NCBI GenBank assembly: GCA_977030845.1
Contig: OZ365116.1
Coordinates: 15,624,001 to 15,688,000 of the forward strand
Direction: 5' to 3'
Length of the DNA stretch: 64,000 bases
From: Fimbriosthenelais zetlandica
Lineage: Eukaryota
Below, one piece after another: positions 48,377 to 60,800 of this stretch. The notes beneath the pieces were generated by a model. The model had not been told where the DNA came from, did no database searches, and was given only the letters and a program-made list of their open reading frames with translations. The translations under genes and the position numbers were made by a program. How positions within the stretch are numbered: position 1 is the stretch's first letter; every line of letters starts with the position of its first letter.

Positions 48377-49225
48377 GGTTAGGGCCCTCTCTTGTTGCTT
48401 TTTTCCCCTCAGGTGAAACCTGTCAGTAAATGGAAATAATAGCAGTATTTAGAGCAATCTTAGTAAATGATCGTAATTAAGTGTGGGTACTACCATTCAT
48501 GAAACTCAATGTACACCACAAAAGACAAGCCACATTTTGCCAGGTCAGATGAAGATTCTTGTTATTTACATAGGCTCGACTTTTGGAACGAATCACATAG
48601 GTCAACAAAATTCAATTTATTTCTACAAAATGTGTTTTACATTTCGCGTCTTTATAATAAGAGTGAAATGAGCCACTTCTCGTTATAGTGTTGTTATGTT
48701 ACTCCATGTTTTGAGCGACAAGAAGAGAATAAATAGAAAGTCTGGAATGGGAATCAATGTACAAATGCTCCAAAATAGATGTAATTGCTCCCATATAGTA
48801 TCTGGCGCACAGTTAATAGCAGCCCTGGGACCGCCAGAAGCCAATCATCTGCCTCTCTATTTTTCAAATCTTGTCGCAGGTGAACTTTGTTTCTTAGAAA
48901 TGTTATTCCGTAAAAGTCCATATAGAATTTAATCAATATGGGGATTCTCAGAAAAGTAAATAAAATTTGTAAATTTAGAAAAATAAGAGTGGTATTCTCC
49001 TGTCTATGGACTAGCCCTCAGAGTGAACAAGAGTAGTATATGAAAATGGCTATTTTTCCATGAATATATAAAATGGTGACTTAGGCCTAATAGCAATAAC
49101 AACACCCACGGCATATTTATGCTTAAAATACAAAGATATAATAGTTTACTTATAATTAATTTTCGATGAAGTACTTTCTATCCATAAACCTATGATAAAA
49201 GTCAACATAATAGAAAAAAACTCAC

Positions 49226-49305
49226 CTTTTTATCGTCCAATCTGTTGTAAATAGAATGGCGGGTTTCGCTCCTGCGTTCCTCCGTTCTATGTCAATGTAA
49301 ATCTG
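49226..49305 (-). other. Non-coding first exon of the knottin gene (TSS approximate)
   Basis: Donor AAG|gtgagt at 49226, matching acceptor ttactgacag| at 48419, and located ~30 nt downstream of a TATA box. Confidence 0.7.
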
Positions 49306-49328
49306 CCGCAATCGGTTGCGTGGCTGGC

Positions 49329-49432
49329 TTTTATATAAGGCAGGCTGCCGTTCAAGTAGGGTTTCCTGGCCAATCAGCCATGGGGGCTGTTCTCAATAAA
49401 TATGCTGAACATGCAGGACGATAGGGGGCGGG
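49329..49432 (-). promoter_or_regulatory. Knottin gene core promoter: TATA (TATATAAAA, 49337-49329), CCAAT box (GGCCAATCAG, core 49370-49374), GC box (GGGGCGGG, 49425-49432)
   Basis: Three consensus elements in the classical order and spacing upstream of the first exon. Confidence 0.72.
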
Positions 49433-49714
49433 CAATCTCCAAACAACTCCAATCTTCATCATTCACATTATAGTGTTTACTTACCATTTAGTATGTACAT
49501 ATTGGGGGAAATCGTATTACGTTTAATTATATTAATAGGAGTCCTTTTATAAAGACACCAATTTCAGGAACTGGCCTGATGGTGAACCTGATACAAAGCC
49601 TGGATTTGACATGGCTAAGATGTCAGAGTCGGACATCAGGGCTTAGTGACCACTCAGCTGAATTATCTAAAAGGGCTCAGGTGGGTAATTAGGTGGGTCT
49701 ACATTATTGGCTTT

Positions 49715-49885
49715 TAGTACACTACTAGCTCGTTTTCATGCACTATACTAGCTTCACTATTTCCCCGTAGTGAACGCTCTCGAAGTCGCTCCAGACTGAT
49801 GGTGCACTGTAGTCGTTTTACCAGGGTTCGAAACCTCTCCTCCTGTGCCAGAAGCAGGCACGTTACCACTGAGCTATGGAGATCG
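49715..49885 (-). mobile_element. tRNA-derived SINE (degenerate); 3' extent uncertain
   Basis: The - strand reads CTCCA-TAGCTCAGTGG (A box)...AGGTTTCGAACCCT (B-box-like) at tRNA-like spacing (head 49880-49821). Acceptor and anticodon arms do not close, so it is not a functional tRNA. Confidence 0.65.
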
Positions 49886-51014
49886 CTGATATAGAGGGTG
49901 GGAAACGAGGGTTTTATCTTGAGAGTGGCCAAGTGACCTCATGTACCGACCTCCTAGGAGTCACATGGGGGTGGTTAGTAGGTCAGTCCAACGAGTGGTC
50001 AGTCTACTACCAAGCCTCCCCCTGTTGCTCCTGGTCCCACCATCCTATAGTGAGGTGTAAATCCATCACTTGTAACTCATCAAAAGGAGAATTACTCATT
50101 GAGTTTCTTTTTTATAATCATTCTGTGTCATGCACACATCGATGGTGGGATGGGATATATGTCTTATGTCACCATTATAGTCTACATTATGGCACTGAGG
50201 GGGCTGTGGGATGGTGTAAATATGTCGTAGAGTGAAGGAGTTCACTACTTGCCTACTCATGAGACGTAATGCACGACCCCTATACGCCCACCCACCTCCC
50301 ACCAACCTTCTCCACCCTTCAACTGACTCTCTTACCCCAGATATACCTCATCCTTCCTCCACTGACCCTATAGGGTTGTAATGCGAGTGCATTATTATAA
50401 CCTCCTACTGTACATATTGCGAGGAGAAAACCCTAAAGTATAAGGTTATGTAATCAAAGTTAGTTGTATCATTTTCACTTCCAAATGTAGGGTAATATTT
50501 CGGTGAAAGTAGAAATTGGCATAGAAGAGGAGTCGAAGAACATAAGTCCAATGTGTATAAAGAGCGTGCACTATTACTTTCCACTCATCCAGAGAAGGAG
50601 GGGTAGGGAGGAGGGGAGGTGGGGTGAATCTGGTGATAGGGAGAAGCTCTCGTTTATATGTGGGGTGCACCATTGAGTTGGTGCTGTAATGGGAATGACA
50701 TGTTATGCCTGATTATTTCAGGCTCTCCTTATTACTCTAGTAAGAATTGGTTGTTCCTCCTGGATAAATGAGATAAATAAAGAAACGAAACAATTCTAAT
50801 GTAGATGTATCCCACAAACAGGGAATCAAATCCCATTGAAGTCATGAAATGATTGCATGGAATGAATCCTTGGAATACAAATTAACAATAGTGACCCAAT
50901 AAGTTATAACCAATCTATGTAAAAATGAAGGAAGACAATAACAGTGACCCAGCTGTCTCATGGAAGTCAACGCTAACTAGGCTGCAGTGACCTCAATAAA
51001 TGACCTAGCTCGAA

Positions 51015-51857
51015 TCAGGCAACATGGGAGAAACTCTTCCAAAAGACATGCACTGACCTCCTTTTGACCTTCGCAGTGCTGACCCTGGAGGATGTGTGTG
51101 TATGACCAGAGACCATATAAGTCTCTGGTATGACACAGGGGTCTATGAGTGTGTGTATGTTGGGTGAAGCAGGCGGAAAGGTGGATGAGTGGCTACGAAT
51201 GTGTAGAGGGGACAAATATAGTCACAAGTCATCAGTTCTAACTCATTACAAGTTAAAATACTTATCAGTCTTGTCTATTGTAATGTGTGACGTGTACTAA
51301 ACGCAATAGTGACCTCCACTGAATCCGGTATCGTTCACTATTGCTGACGAAGCCACGCGGCCTGCGGCCTTGTGGCTTTATCAGCAATAGTGAACGATAC
51401 CGGATTCAGTGTCGGTCACTATGGCGTAAAGAGAATACTCGATCCTGATGTAGACGTACGGCAGGAGGAATTAAATATCTCATATATCAAATGTCCAGAT
51501 TATTTAGACGAGAAACAGTCGCGCAAAAGTCCTTTTCTTAAATTGTATCTCATACATCAAGAACTGTTTTTTCATGTCATTAAAATGAGTCCTAACTGAT
51601 CTTGATTTTTTTTAAACATGAAAATATCCTGCATATTTGTAATTCATGACAAAATATATACCCCAGTTCAGCGAAAATAAAAATGGTGCGAGAAGGTAAT
51701 GAGTGGTTACTTACTGTTGTTAGAGATGGCAGGGGGCGGCACCATAGCTGATCTGGATGTTGATGTTGATGGTAGAGAGCAGGAGGCAGGCAGCAGCTAG
51801 AGGCATCACCAGCAGAGGAGGGAATCCCCCCATCCTCAATAACCTCCACACCTGGCA
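51015..51857 (-). pseudogene. Candidate disrupted secreted-peptide precursor; complement(join(51015..51192,51715..51857)), in-frame TAA at 51722-51720
   Basis: Canonical splice sites (catttttcag|, ACA|gtaagt, cccctctacacattcgtag|). Signal-like MGGFPPLLVMPLAAACLLLS. The downstream exon is open in the matching phase and ends KVKRR-SVHVFWKSFSHVA-stop. Confidence 0.35.
51301..51427. mobile_element. 127-bp palindromic (foldback/MITE-like) element
   Basis: Perfect 31-bp inverted arms (51317-51347 and 51381-51411), inner 7-bp stem AAGCCAC/GTGGCTT, outer 14-bp arms with one mismatch (51301-51314 and 51414-51427). No clear TSD. Confidence 0.8.
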
Positions 51858-51883
51858 CTGAAAAATGAGGTCAACAATGAATC

Positions 51884-51891
51884 TGACGTCA
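51884..51891. promoter_or_regulatory. Perfect CRE palindrome TGACGTCA
   Basis: Exact consensus; function unproven. Confidence 0.3.
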
Positions 51892-54800
51892 CAGGGCGTG
51901 AACAGGTGAACGGACTTCACACAGTAGAGCACCAGAACACATCCATACTTTATGACATGCATTCTACAATAGTTGAACCAAGACTACATTCACTCATCAT
52001 CATCATCACCCAGCCTGGTACAGGGCGTCAAAGCCTCAACTACCTGACCACTTGACTATGAAGGATGGCTATTGTAACATGGAGAAGGTGACATTTATTT
52101 AGGGGATACCCCTGTGTGTTATGAATGGGCAGCAGACGCTCTAAGAGCGTGCATGTAGCATGTAGTGGAGTTAGTATTAAAGCTGCCTCGACCACTGCCA
52201 GCCAAGCGTTGCAGCTTTAACAGGCCTTCAGTGTGGTGGAGTGAGGGGAGGAGTACACACCACTCCGGCCACACATCTCACACAATCTGGCATGAAATCA
52301 TCATTATCATCACATCATCTGGATTAAGCGTTTGAAGGGCTCAGAAACAACTATCCATGGTTTGTTTGGGGTCTGCAGGTGATGGGCCGGCATCAGTGGC
52401 AGTAAGTATACCCTGATCATCTAGTACATGTATACACAGACAACTGTTGTTGTGGTCAATATTTTGGTTCTTGGTGGAGCAGGCGGCCTGCCCCGAGGCT
52501 GTACGGTACAGGCTGGAGGAGGCAGGCAAGAAACTAAAGATGCTCAGAGTGCCATTCAACAAGAGACACTTCTATGTGTATTCAAATGTCCACTTATATT
52601 ATTTCTATAGCTCCATAGGGCTCCTACACACACCAATATACCGAGTACTACAAGGATTGCCTGGTGTGAAGTTAATGCCTAGAGGCATGACCTCAGCTAA
52701 TTACTGGTATATTCCATGTTTGATGGACCATGCGTGGGTTACTTAGTAATCTCACATTATTGTCTTTTTTGTCAATTTTATGGGCGGGGCCAGACAGGTG
52801 TGATTAAGGGACAACAATGATTATGTACATCAATGGAAACTAATCATTGGGAATATTCTGAGAAAGCAACGATATATAGAGTAAAACAATTAAAAGCATA
52901 CTTATAATATTTAATTATAATTGTAAAATGAATATGATATAATAATACTAATGGGAATAATTGCATTAAATGTAAATATGATGATTAATTTTTCTGAAGA
53001 TAATACTTCACATACTTCAGCATACCACCAAAATATAAATGGATGAACCTTTTTATCTGAATGGTAGCTGAATTGATTTACATCAAATATTTTGATGTAA
53101 ACCTTCCCGCCATTGCTTTGACCGTTGTCAGTTTTATTTGAGCATTGTTTCGTTGGTATGAAATATGGCTCGTGTTGGCCCACATTCTCTTTGGGCCCCG
53201 GGGCTGGGGTCCTGACTCCAGCCTACTCCCCCAGCCATGTACAACCACCCTCTACCTCTGATCTTCCCCCGTACACCTTAATTGATATTCCCGCCGTCTC
53301 CCGCGTTAATGGGGCTTTTTCTATTGTCATGGTAACATGTAATGAATCAGTGATTTCCACGTTTGCAGTTGTGTGGTACATGTTCATAAAAATGCCAGTG
53401 GTTTCTAATGCAGGGTTAACTTGAAGTTAATCAAAACCATGAGCTAAATTGGATTGACAACTGTAATTTTCCTATCTCTGATAGATTGTGAATGTCACAG
53501 ATACATCTATAGTGCCTTTTAACCGTGTGCTCTACCTTTGATGTGTGTATACTGGGTGGGAACTCTGTGAGTACAGGTAGTCAAGTACACACAGGTATAC
53601 TGGGGAAATTTCTCTTATAAGCAACTTCATTTTCAACATCTAAGATATTTTCCTTTAAACGCTAGCCTGCTAGGATTCATTATACGACTGACTGACTCAT
53701 TCTTTGAAGAAAAGTGATGACAATTCTCATTATCTCATACCAATTTAATTATATAAAACCACAGGTAGATGGATGGACATACTTTTTAATTTGAGCCATG
53801 CACCACATCAGTATGACTGGGGTAGTAATTGGTGGTAAAATCAATAGTAGTAACTAATCAATAGTGACCCAGAGAAAATGAGAACGATGCCCGTGATATT
53901 CCTGCCTTTCTCAGCCTGCCTTCCTTCTCTACATTCATTACTGTTTATATCAACAAAGAGAGACCATTGATCTAATCTTTTCATAATTAAAAAGTTACCC
54001 CGATCTATTTTGGTCATACGAAAGACTGCGGTTGAAATTTTGCCATATGATTTTCAGGCATAAGTTGGCGTATCTTGTATATAATTAGCTGTCAACAGGA
54101 ATAGATATTCCTTCACCTGACTCGACCATGCATGGGAAAGAATAGTCGGTAATGACCTTCCCCAGTTTCTACCATTACTTCAAACCTATAGTTCTATAGC
54201 AGATAAATGCAGAGACAATTTCACGGCAAATGACTCACGACATTCAAGTATTGTCCTTATTCTGCTCTGGCACATAAATAGGCAGCATACACGCCTGGGA
54301 CCACCGTAAACCCACATATCCTATAATGTATGGTAATTAGTTCAGGAACAAGGTTCCTTTGAGGTATCTTTGATTAATACCTGTGCCTTACTTTAGTGGG
54401 TTTACAACATCAAAATAAGGCCAGCTCTTCTAGTTCTACCCCTGTCCCCTCCCCCAACACCCACAAAGCACATACTCTTCAGGGTGGCAACGTGATATCG
54501 TTTCACCTTGACAAATGTTAGCATTTTTTGTTACAAGATCAAATCTTGCCAAGTTGGAGGTCAGATAAATTCTAAGAAAATAATATGTCTGGCAAAGAAG
54601 CCTTTGTTACCTCTCATTTTTATCTGACTCATGTTTTTAACTTGTTCTGCCAAGAGTTTCTCAGGTGTGTATTTGAAAGGACAAAAGCGTTATTATGTCA
54701 GGGGCCTTTGTCTGGGGACCTATTATACAGACTGCATTTTATAACCAAATTTCTTGGCTTTATGTAAAATACCCTATAATCATGCGTACCTTACCTCATA

Positions 54801-57800
54801 TTAGAGTAATAGTTTACTGAGTTAGCATAGGTGACCATTAATAGAAAGGAAGTATTTTAGATTGGACCTAGATTAATATAGGTCTTTAGTAGGCCTACTG
54901 AAATCAATGGCAGAACTATCTATTATTTGCTTTCTTTGATTATATAAAGGGTTTTAAGACTATTTTTCCCAATGTGATGATTTGGACATGTGTGGTGTTA
55001 ACCGAGTCTGTGGAGAACATGGATATAATGTTGGTATGGTGTGTATATCTACACATGACAAAGGTTGATTGGAGGTGAGAGGACAGGTGAGAGAGCATTA
55101 ACACCCAGCTCTGTCAGGGTGTGGCTGGATGGGCTTCACTACACCTGACTAACATATCACACCGTCATTCCTAAAACACTAATGGTCATAATGTTAACTG
55201 GATATACCTGATGGGAAAAATCCATCAGAAAAATGTGTATCTTTAAAATATTTCTGCCGATATTGGATAGAAAAGCTGAAGTAATTAGCTAGGATTCTTA
55301 TAGCAGATAATAGTCCATCAAATTGTGAATTTCTACAAAGGATATTGAAGTAGATCCTGGAGTGTTTTCACATGTAAATTCTAGGAATGTTACATAATGG
55401 ACTGTGTGGTATCAAGTGTGTGGAAGGTGAGTGAGTCCATTACATGAATTATACATAACCCGGGAAAGATTATGAGTCACAGAGAACAACCTGGGTGAGA
55501 TATTCATGAGCTTACAGGATTATATGGCCTTACAGGATTATATTAACAAGAAATCTGTCGCAAAATCCTTCAACGAAAATAAATGGCATTTTCACATTCA
55601 TATACGTATCCCACACTCTTGATGTTTTATCTGACAAAAAAATACAGGAATTCTGCCACATAGCATGAAGGGAAGGCATTACTGCGTGAAGGAGTTTGCA
55701 TGTGGGCTCAGAAATATTAGTTGGTTTATAAATCTGCTTAATGAATGTTCATGGAAGGCTTCCAAGTAAATACTCGAGCTAACATCCGTATACATTACAT
55801 GTGCTCAGAGGCAATGCCACTATGCATGCATTCTCATATATTATTCATGTTCTTCATGCAATTTAATTTTCATTTCTCAGATCAGATGATTTTCAGAACA
55901 TTTCAATTTCCTGTACGATCAGTGCCACATAAATGAAACTGATTCCACAATAACGATCTGTATATTTGTGGTGACCGTTCACTGATGTTCAAAGTATACA
56001 TATATACATCACCTGTAATAAATGTATAGGATCACCTGTACCCACTGTCAATATAGACTTGCAGTATACAATGTACTCCCACTGACACTCCATCCATCCC
56101 TCACCCACCCACTAAATCACTCACTCACCGAGTCACTCCCTCACCACACTCACTCCCTCACTAGTTCATTTATATTAATTACTTTCCATGTCCACTGTGT
56201 GTCATTCACCTCAGTGTTATACCGGATGTAGAGATCATTCATGATAGATTCTCATTTATTGATGGCCGGACGGACCATAATGTAATAATTCTGATCTCCA
56301 ATGATGGTCAGTAATCAATGTGACATTTATAAGGCATGACAAATCGTAACTCTTCAATGAGGCAGACCCACTGCTATGGTAATACATGAAATTACATTAG
56401 TCCAAATGAATCTCTATGTATGACACTAAAATCATTAAAATACTGCACACAAAGAGGAAGGGAAGTCACTTATTTCACAGCACAAGTTTCTATAAATAAA
56501 TACAATGGCAGATAAATTGGACTGATACCAAGTTTCCCATAAAAGGTAGCGGGATGTAGTTTAGAATAGTTCCCATGTGGTATTTTAAATATTGTTCATG
56601 GCAGGTATGTACGCTGAACACCAAATTGAATGTTTTATCAGTATTGGAGTGGTGGGTGTCGGGGGTATAATGTTTGGGAGGTGTATCAGTATGAATTATT
56701 CATTTTGTCTCATGATGTAACTTTAGCCCTGTTGTACTCCATCCTATACTATACGCCTCACCTCTATATCACCATCAGACCTTCTCTAATTACTTGACAA
56801 AAAGATTTACATTGGATTTTTTCTCTGAAATTAATACGTTGGTTTTGACATAATTTAATGTCATTGCTCATTTCATTAGCAGATATACATCTATGAGGGA
56901 AAGATCTTTTGATGATCGTTTTTGTAATCAATAAGTTACAGAGGCGGAATACCCGTCCTAGGTATTTCAGATTCTTTCAAATTACATACAGAGCAGAGAA
57001 AAACAGGAGAGAAAAGACAGGCATTTGGTGTGGATGGTCGTGCGTGACTATGAGTTGTTATTAAACACACGAGTGGTCTAACAAATCGTGACTAATATTT
57101 TACACTTTAATAACCAGTGTTTATCACTATTAATCACTCATCTTGATAAATATATTTCTTTGATTATGTCTCTCTAATTAGTCACTATCACTGCTCTCAT
57201 ACGCTGCCTTATAAACAGGGTTCTGTAGAAATATGATCTCAAATATGAGAGTAAAATTTAAGGGTACCCTGGAACAAAAAGACATGGTATAGTAAGTGGA
57301 GGGAGTGAGATGATGAGAGTGAGTCTATATTTAAATTCCCCCCATTATATCTCATCTAGGACGTCTTTGTGCGTGTCTCTCTAGAGGACACTAGTGTCCC
57401 TCAACAGGTTAGACAGACAGAGTTCACTTTAATCTTCAGGCCACACGCTAGGCGGCCATGGGTCGCTATTTACTTAGGACACCATCATATCATCATGTAG
57501 AAATGAAGATTTTAAAACCCCAGATGCTCATCTTGACAGATTGCTAAGTTCATGTATAATTTAATAATAATAATTCACAATTTGGGATATGAATCTTGAG
57601 GGATTGTAAAGGGGTGGGGGAGTATTGAATCCCTGGCTTGAACTGATCAGAAGGGGGATTTTTCACACCTGTATAGATGTGCATGTTAAGATAAGATCCA
57701 AGTTCCCCATACATACACTGAAATATACACATACAGAGAAGGGTGATGTTCCACACGTCAAAATGAGAAAAAAAGTCACCTATGTTTGACTCTCTCATGA

Positions 57801-60800
57801 CAGACCGTACAACAGTCATGCCTTCTATGTAGAAGAGGACCAATGATGAGATGCCTATCACTGACTAATATATTCCCTTATAAATGTCAAAGGACGGAAT
57901 GTCGAGTAAGGCATGCTATTGGAGATTATCAAGAATAGATTCCTTCCACTTCTCTCCGTGCATGCATTAATTGAGATGCACATGCAATAATAGTACCTTT
58001 CATTTACCACTGTATGCACGCAGAGGTTGCTAATCATGTAATTGAGCCTGTAGCATTATATCAAATCAAAATTACTCATAATAGAAAACATGTACTTCCT
58101 TAACATGAATAATGGTCTGGTTTTACATAATGAGAGGGAGTAATGACATATCAAGGGTGGCTACTGAGAGAGGGGTTTGAGGGAAATCTTTACTTATTGC
58201 CTCTACACATGGAAAATGGGTTGATCAACCTGAATAAGCTAATTAAGCTGGCCAGGCATCACCCGGGCAGTTGTCTCAGAATAAAGTATTCTGGAAGCCT
58301 TGTCTGTAAGTTGGCCTAGAATCTGATGGCTTTCTATCGTAGTAATTTACAAATGCTGATAGACAATTATTTTGCTGGCAGCCTGCCCTAAAACTAATTT
58401 ACGTGGTGGCAATATAATAATTCCTATCTTAAAATTACAACTGCCATATGAGGATATACTTTTCATGGTAAAAATAATGATTTATGAATGTATTTAACCT
58501 GAATGTCAATGGTTTCAATACCCAATTCCCGCATGCAAGTATAATAAAATTTCTAGTGAGACCCGTGGGAAGTGAGGCTTCTAATTCTACAAGCATCTAA
58601 TTCCATTCATAAGGAGTTTCTGATCATATGGTCCAAGATTATCATAGAAAAGTGCACATACCTACACCCACCTAACCATAGAGAGATGAGGGTTTTTACT
58701 AACCGGGTCACCTTACATTGCTGACACCCTTCCAGGCCTGGGGTTAGAGCATGAAAAAACAACATGATGAGTTGATTCAGAGGATTAATGCGAGTGTATG
58801 AAGGGTCTAAGGTGGCTATAGCCCCGAGGCCAACACACCTCACTGAGCTGCATTCATACTATGATCCGAACACCAGATCCAACGACCCAACCATATAGGA
58901 AATTATTTAAAGAATATTTAAAGAATATTTTCTTTAATCATATTTATCATTATACTGACAAATATTAATGATTGGTTGCCGAACTTAGGAAATATGAACA
59001 CTTTCTGTCAGTTGTAAATCTGTCAGTAAAATGGCTTGGTTGGAACACAACTTAAGTGTAAGTGGAAGGAATAGGAGAGGGAAAGGGAGAGGGGGAGGGA
59101 GTGGGGATGATGGTGGTGGGGGACCTGTAGAACCGGTGTATAGGATAGTACTTCTCCTCTCTCTCTACCTAATGCCTCATCACCTTGGCTTGTCTGTCAC
59201 AGTGGCTGGCTGGTAGGCAGGTGATGGATCAGATTATGGGGCTGTGTAGAGGACTAGGTCCCAGTAAGGTGGGTAAAGCAAGGATTACCTTCATCTCATC
59301 ACATTGACATAATCTAATATTGCCATTTAATCCATTCACATTTCCATTCAGCCAAACATGTTTCTAGGAATTAACATGTGCTTTTACAGATCTCTGCTGT
59401 AGTCTTATCATGTATGTTTGGCTTGTTATTGTCAGGAGTTATCCCATGCAGTCTTTACATGCTCCAGATGCTTTCCTCAAAGGATCGCTGCCTAATTTTT
59501 GTTCTCGTGGCACATTGTGCATCGTCTGAAGACATGTGTTGCAATGGAATCTAAATGCCCTTTGGTCTATTTTCATCACGATAGTTCAGTGTAATGCTGT
59601 GATGCCCCTTTAAAGGGTATACCTATATCATGGGCACCTATGCCATCGCTATAACTTTGTTATGCAGCCAGGGAATTAACCACCATTTTAATCAATTAAT
59701 TGGTGACTAATTGTTAACCATAGACTAATTTATTCTAGCACCTTTTCCCCCATATCTACTTTTGAATCGCCTAATTGGTATGCATCCTGGCTGTACATGC
59801 ATGTAAAGTTGACATGTTAGGGTGAGTGAGGGGTTTTCTTTAGCAATAACTGAGCTATTTGCCCTGTAAGGTTTGGCTGGGGGCTGGGGTAAGGGGAGTG
59901 GGAGGGGGTGTATAAGGTTCTAACAGACTCTATAGTCCATGGTACGTGACAGTAACTGACATTTAGTGATTGGTATCTAAAGATGGGAAGAATTGAGGTA
60001 CATGAGTTGGTGTGATTCTGTAACTGGAATCTATTTACTGAAGCACAATATGGGCGCAAATAAAATGCTTCGGTGCTAAAAACCCTTTACCAGATAGGTG
60101 ACTGGATATATGTTTTATAAGACAAACTATCAGAGGGTGGTTTAATTGTCATTGAGAGTTATTGCACGTGTTGGGATTGGGACTATAATTGTTTAATCTA
60201 TCTATAATTATCATGTTAAAGTTTTCCTTGCCGACGGTGGATCTTTTTCACCTATAGTATTAAATGTAAATGAAGTCTGAAATCTGTTATTTATGTAGAG
60301 AGTGAAGTACTAATATTGACATTTACTTGGTGGAGAGAGAGCAGGAGGGTAAATGAGATCCACTAAATATTCCCCTCTCACTGCTGGCTTCATATCATCT
60401 ACTGTAGACAAATGCCTTCCAGCAATGTCACCACACAGGGTGGTCTAAACATTTAGTATTTTAATGTGGATTTTAGTAAATTGAAGGACAATAATTCTCT
60501 AGATAATTCTCTTCGCAATTCTATTCGTAATCATGAAATCATTACAGAAAATGATTTTCAATGAGGGTATATTTGCGAGGGCCCCGCACCTTGCTTTCTT
60601 TTCATGTTCATTTGAATGCATATATCTTATTTAGTGAAATGTCTATATAGATATGTCAAGTACATACTCAGGCATATAGCTCCAATCTCATTACACATAC
60701 ACATATTTTCATTATTTTTTTGCTCATCAAAAAAAGACATAATTACGTAATAGGCCCCAATCAGTGAACATGGTCCTTTATCACAACATAATCTGAGGGT

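Noticed and set aside
57386-57399. 14-bp perfect palindrome GGACACTAGTGTCC
   Set aside because: Several palindromes of this length are expected by chance in 64 kb.
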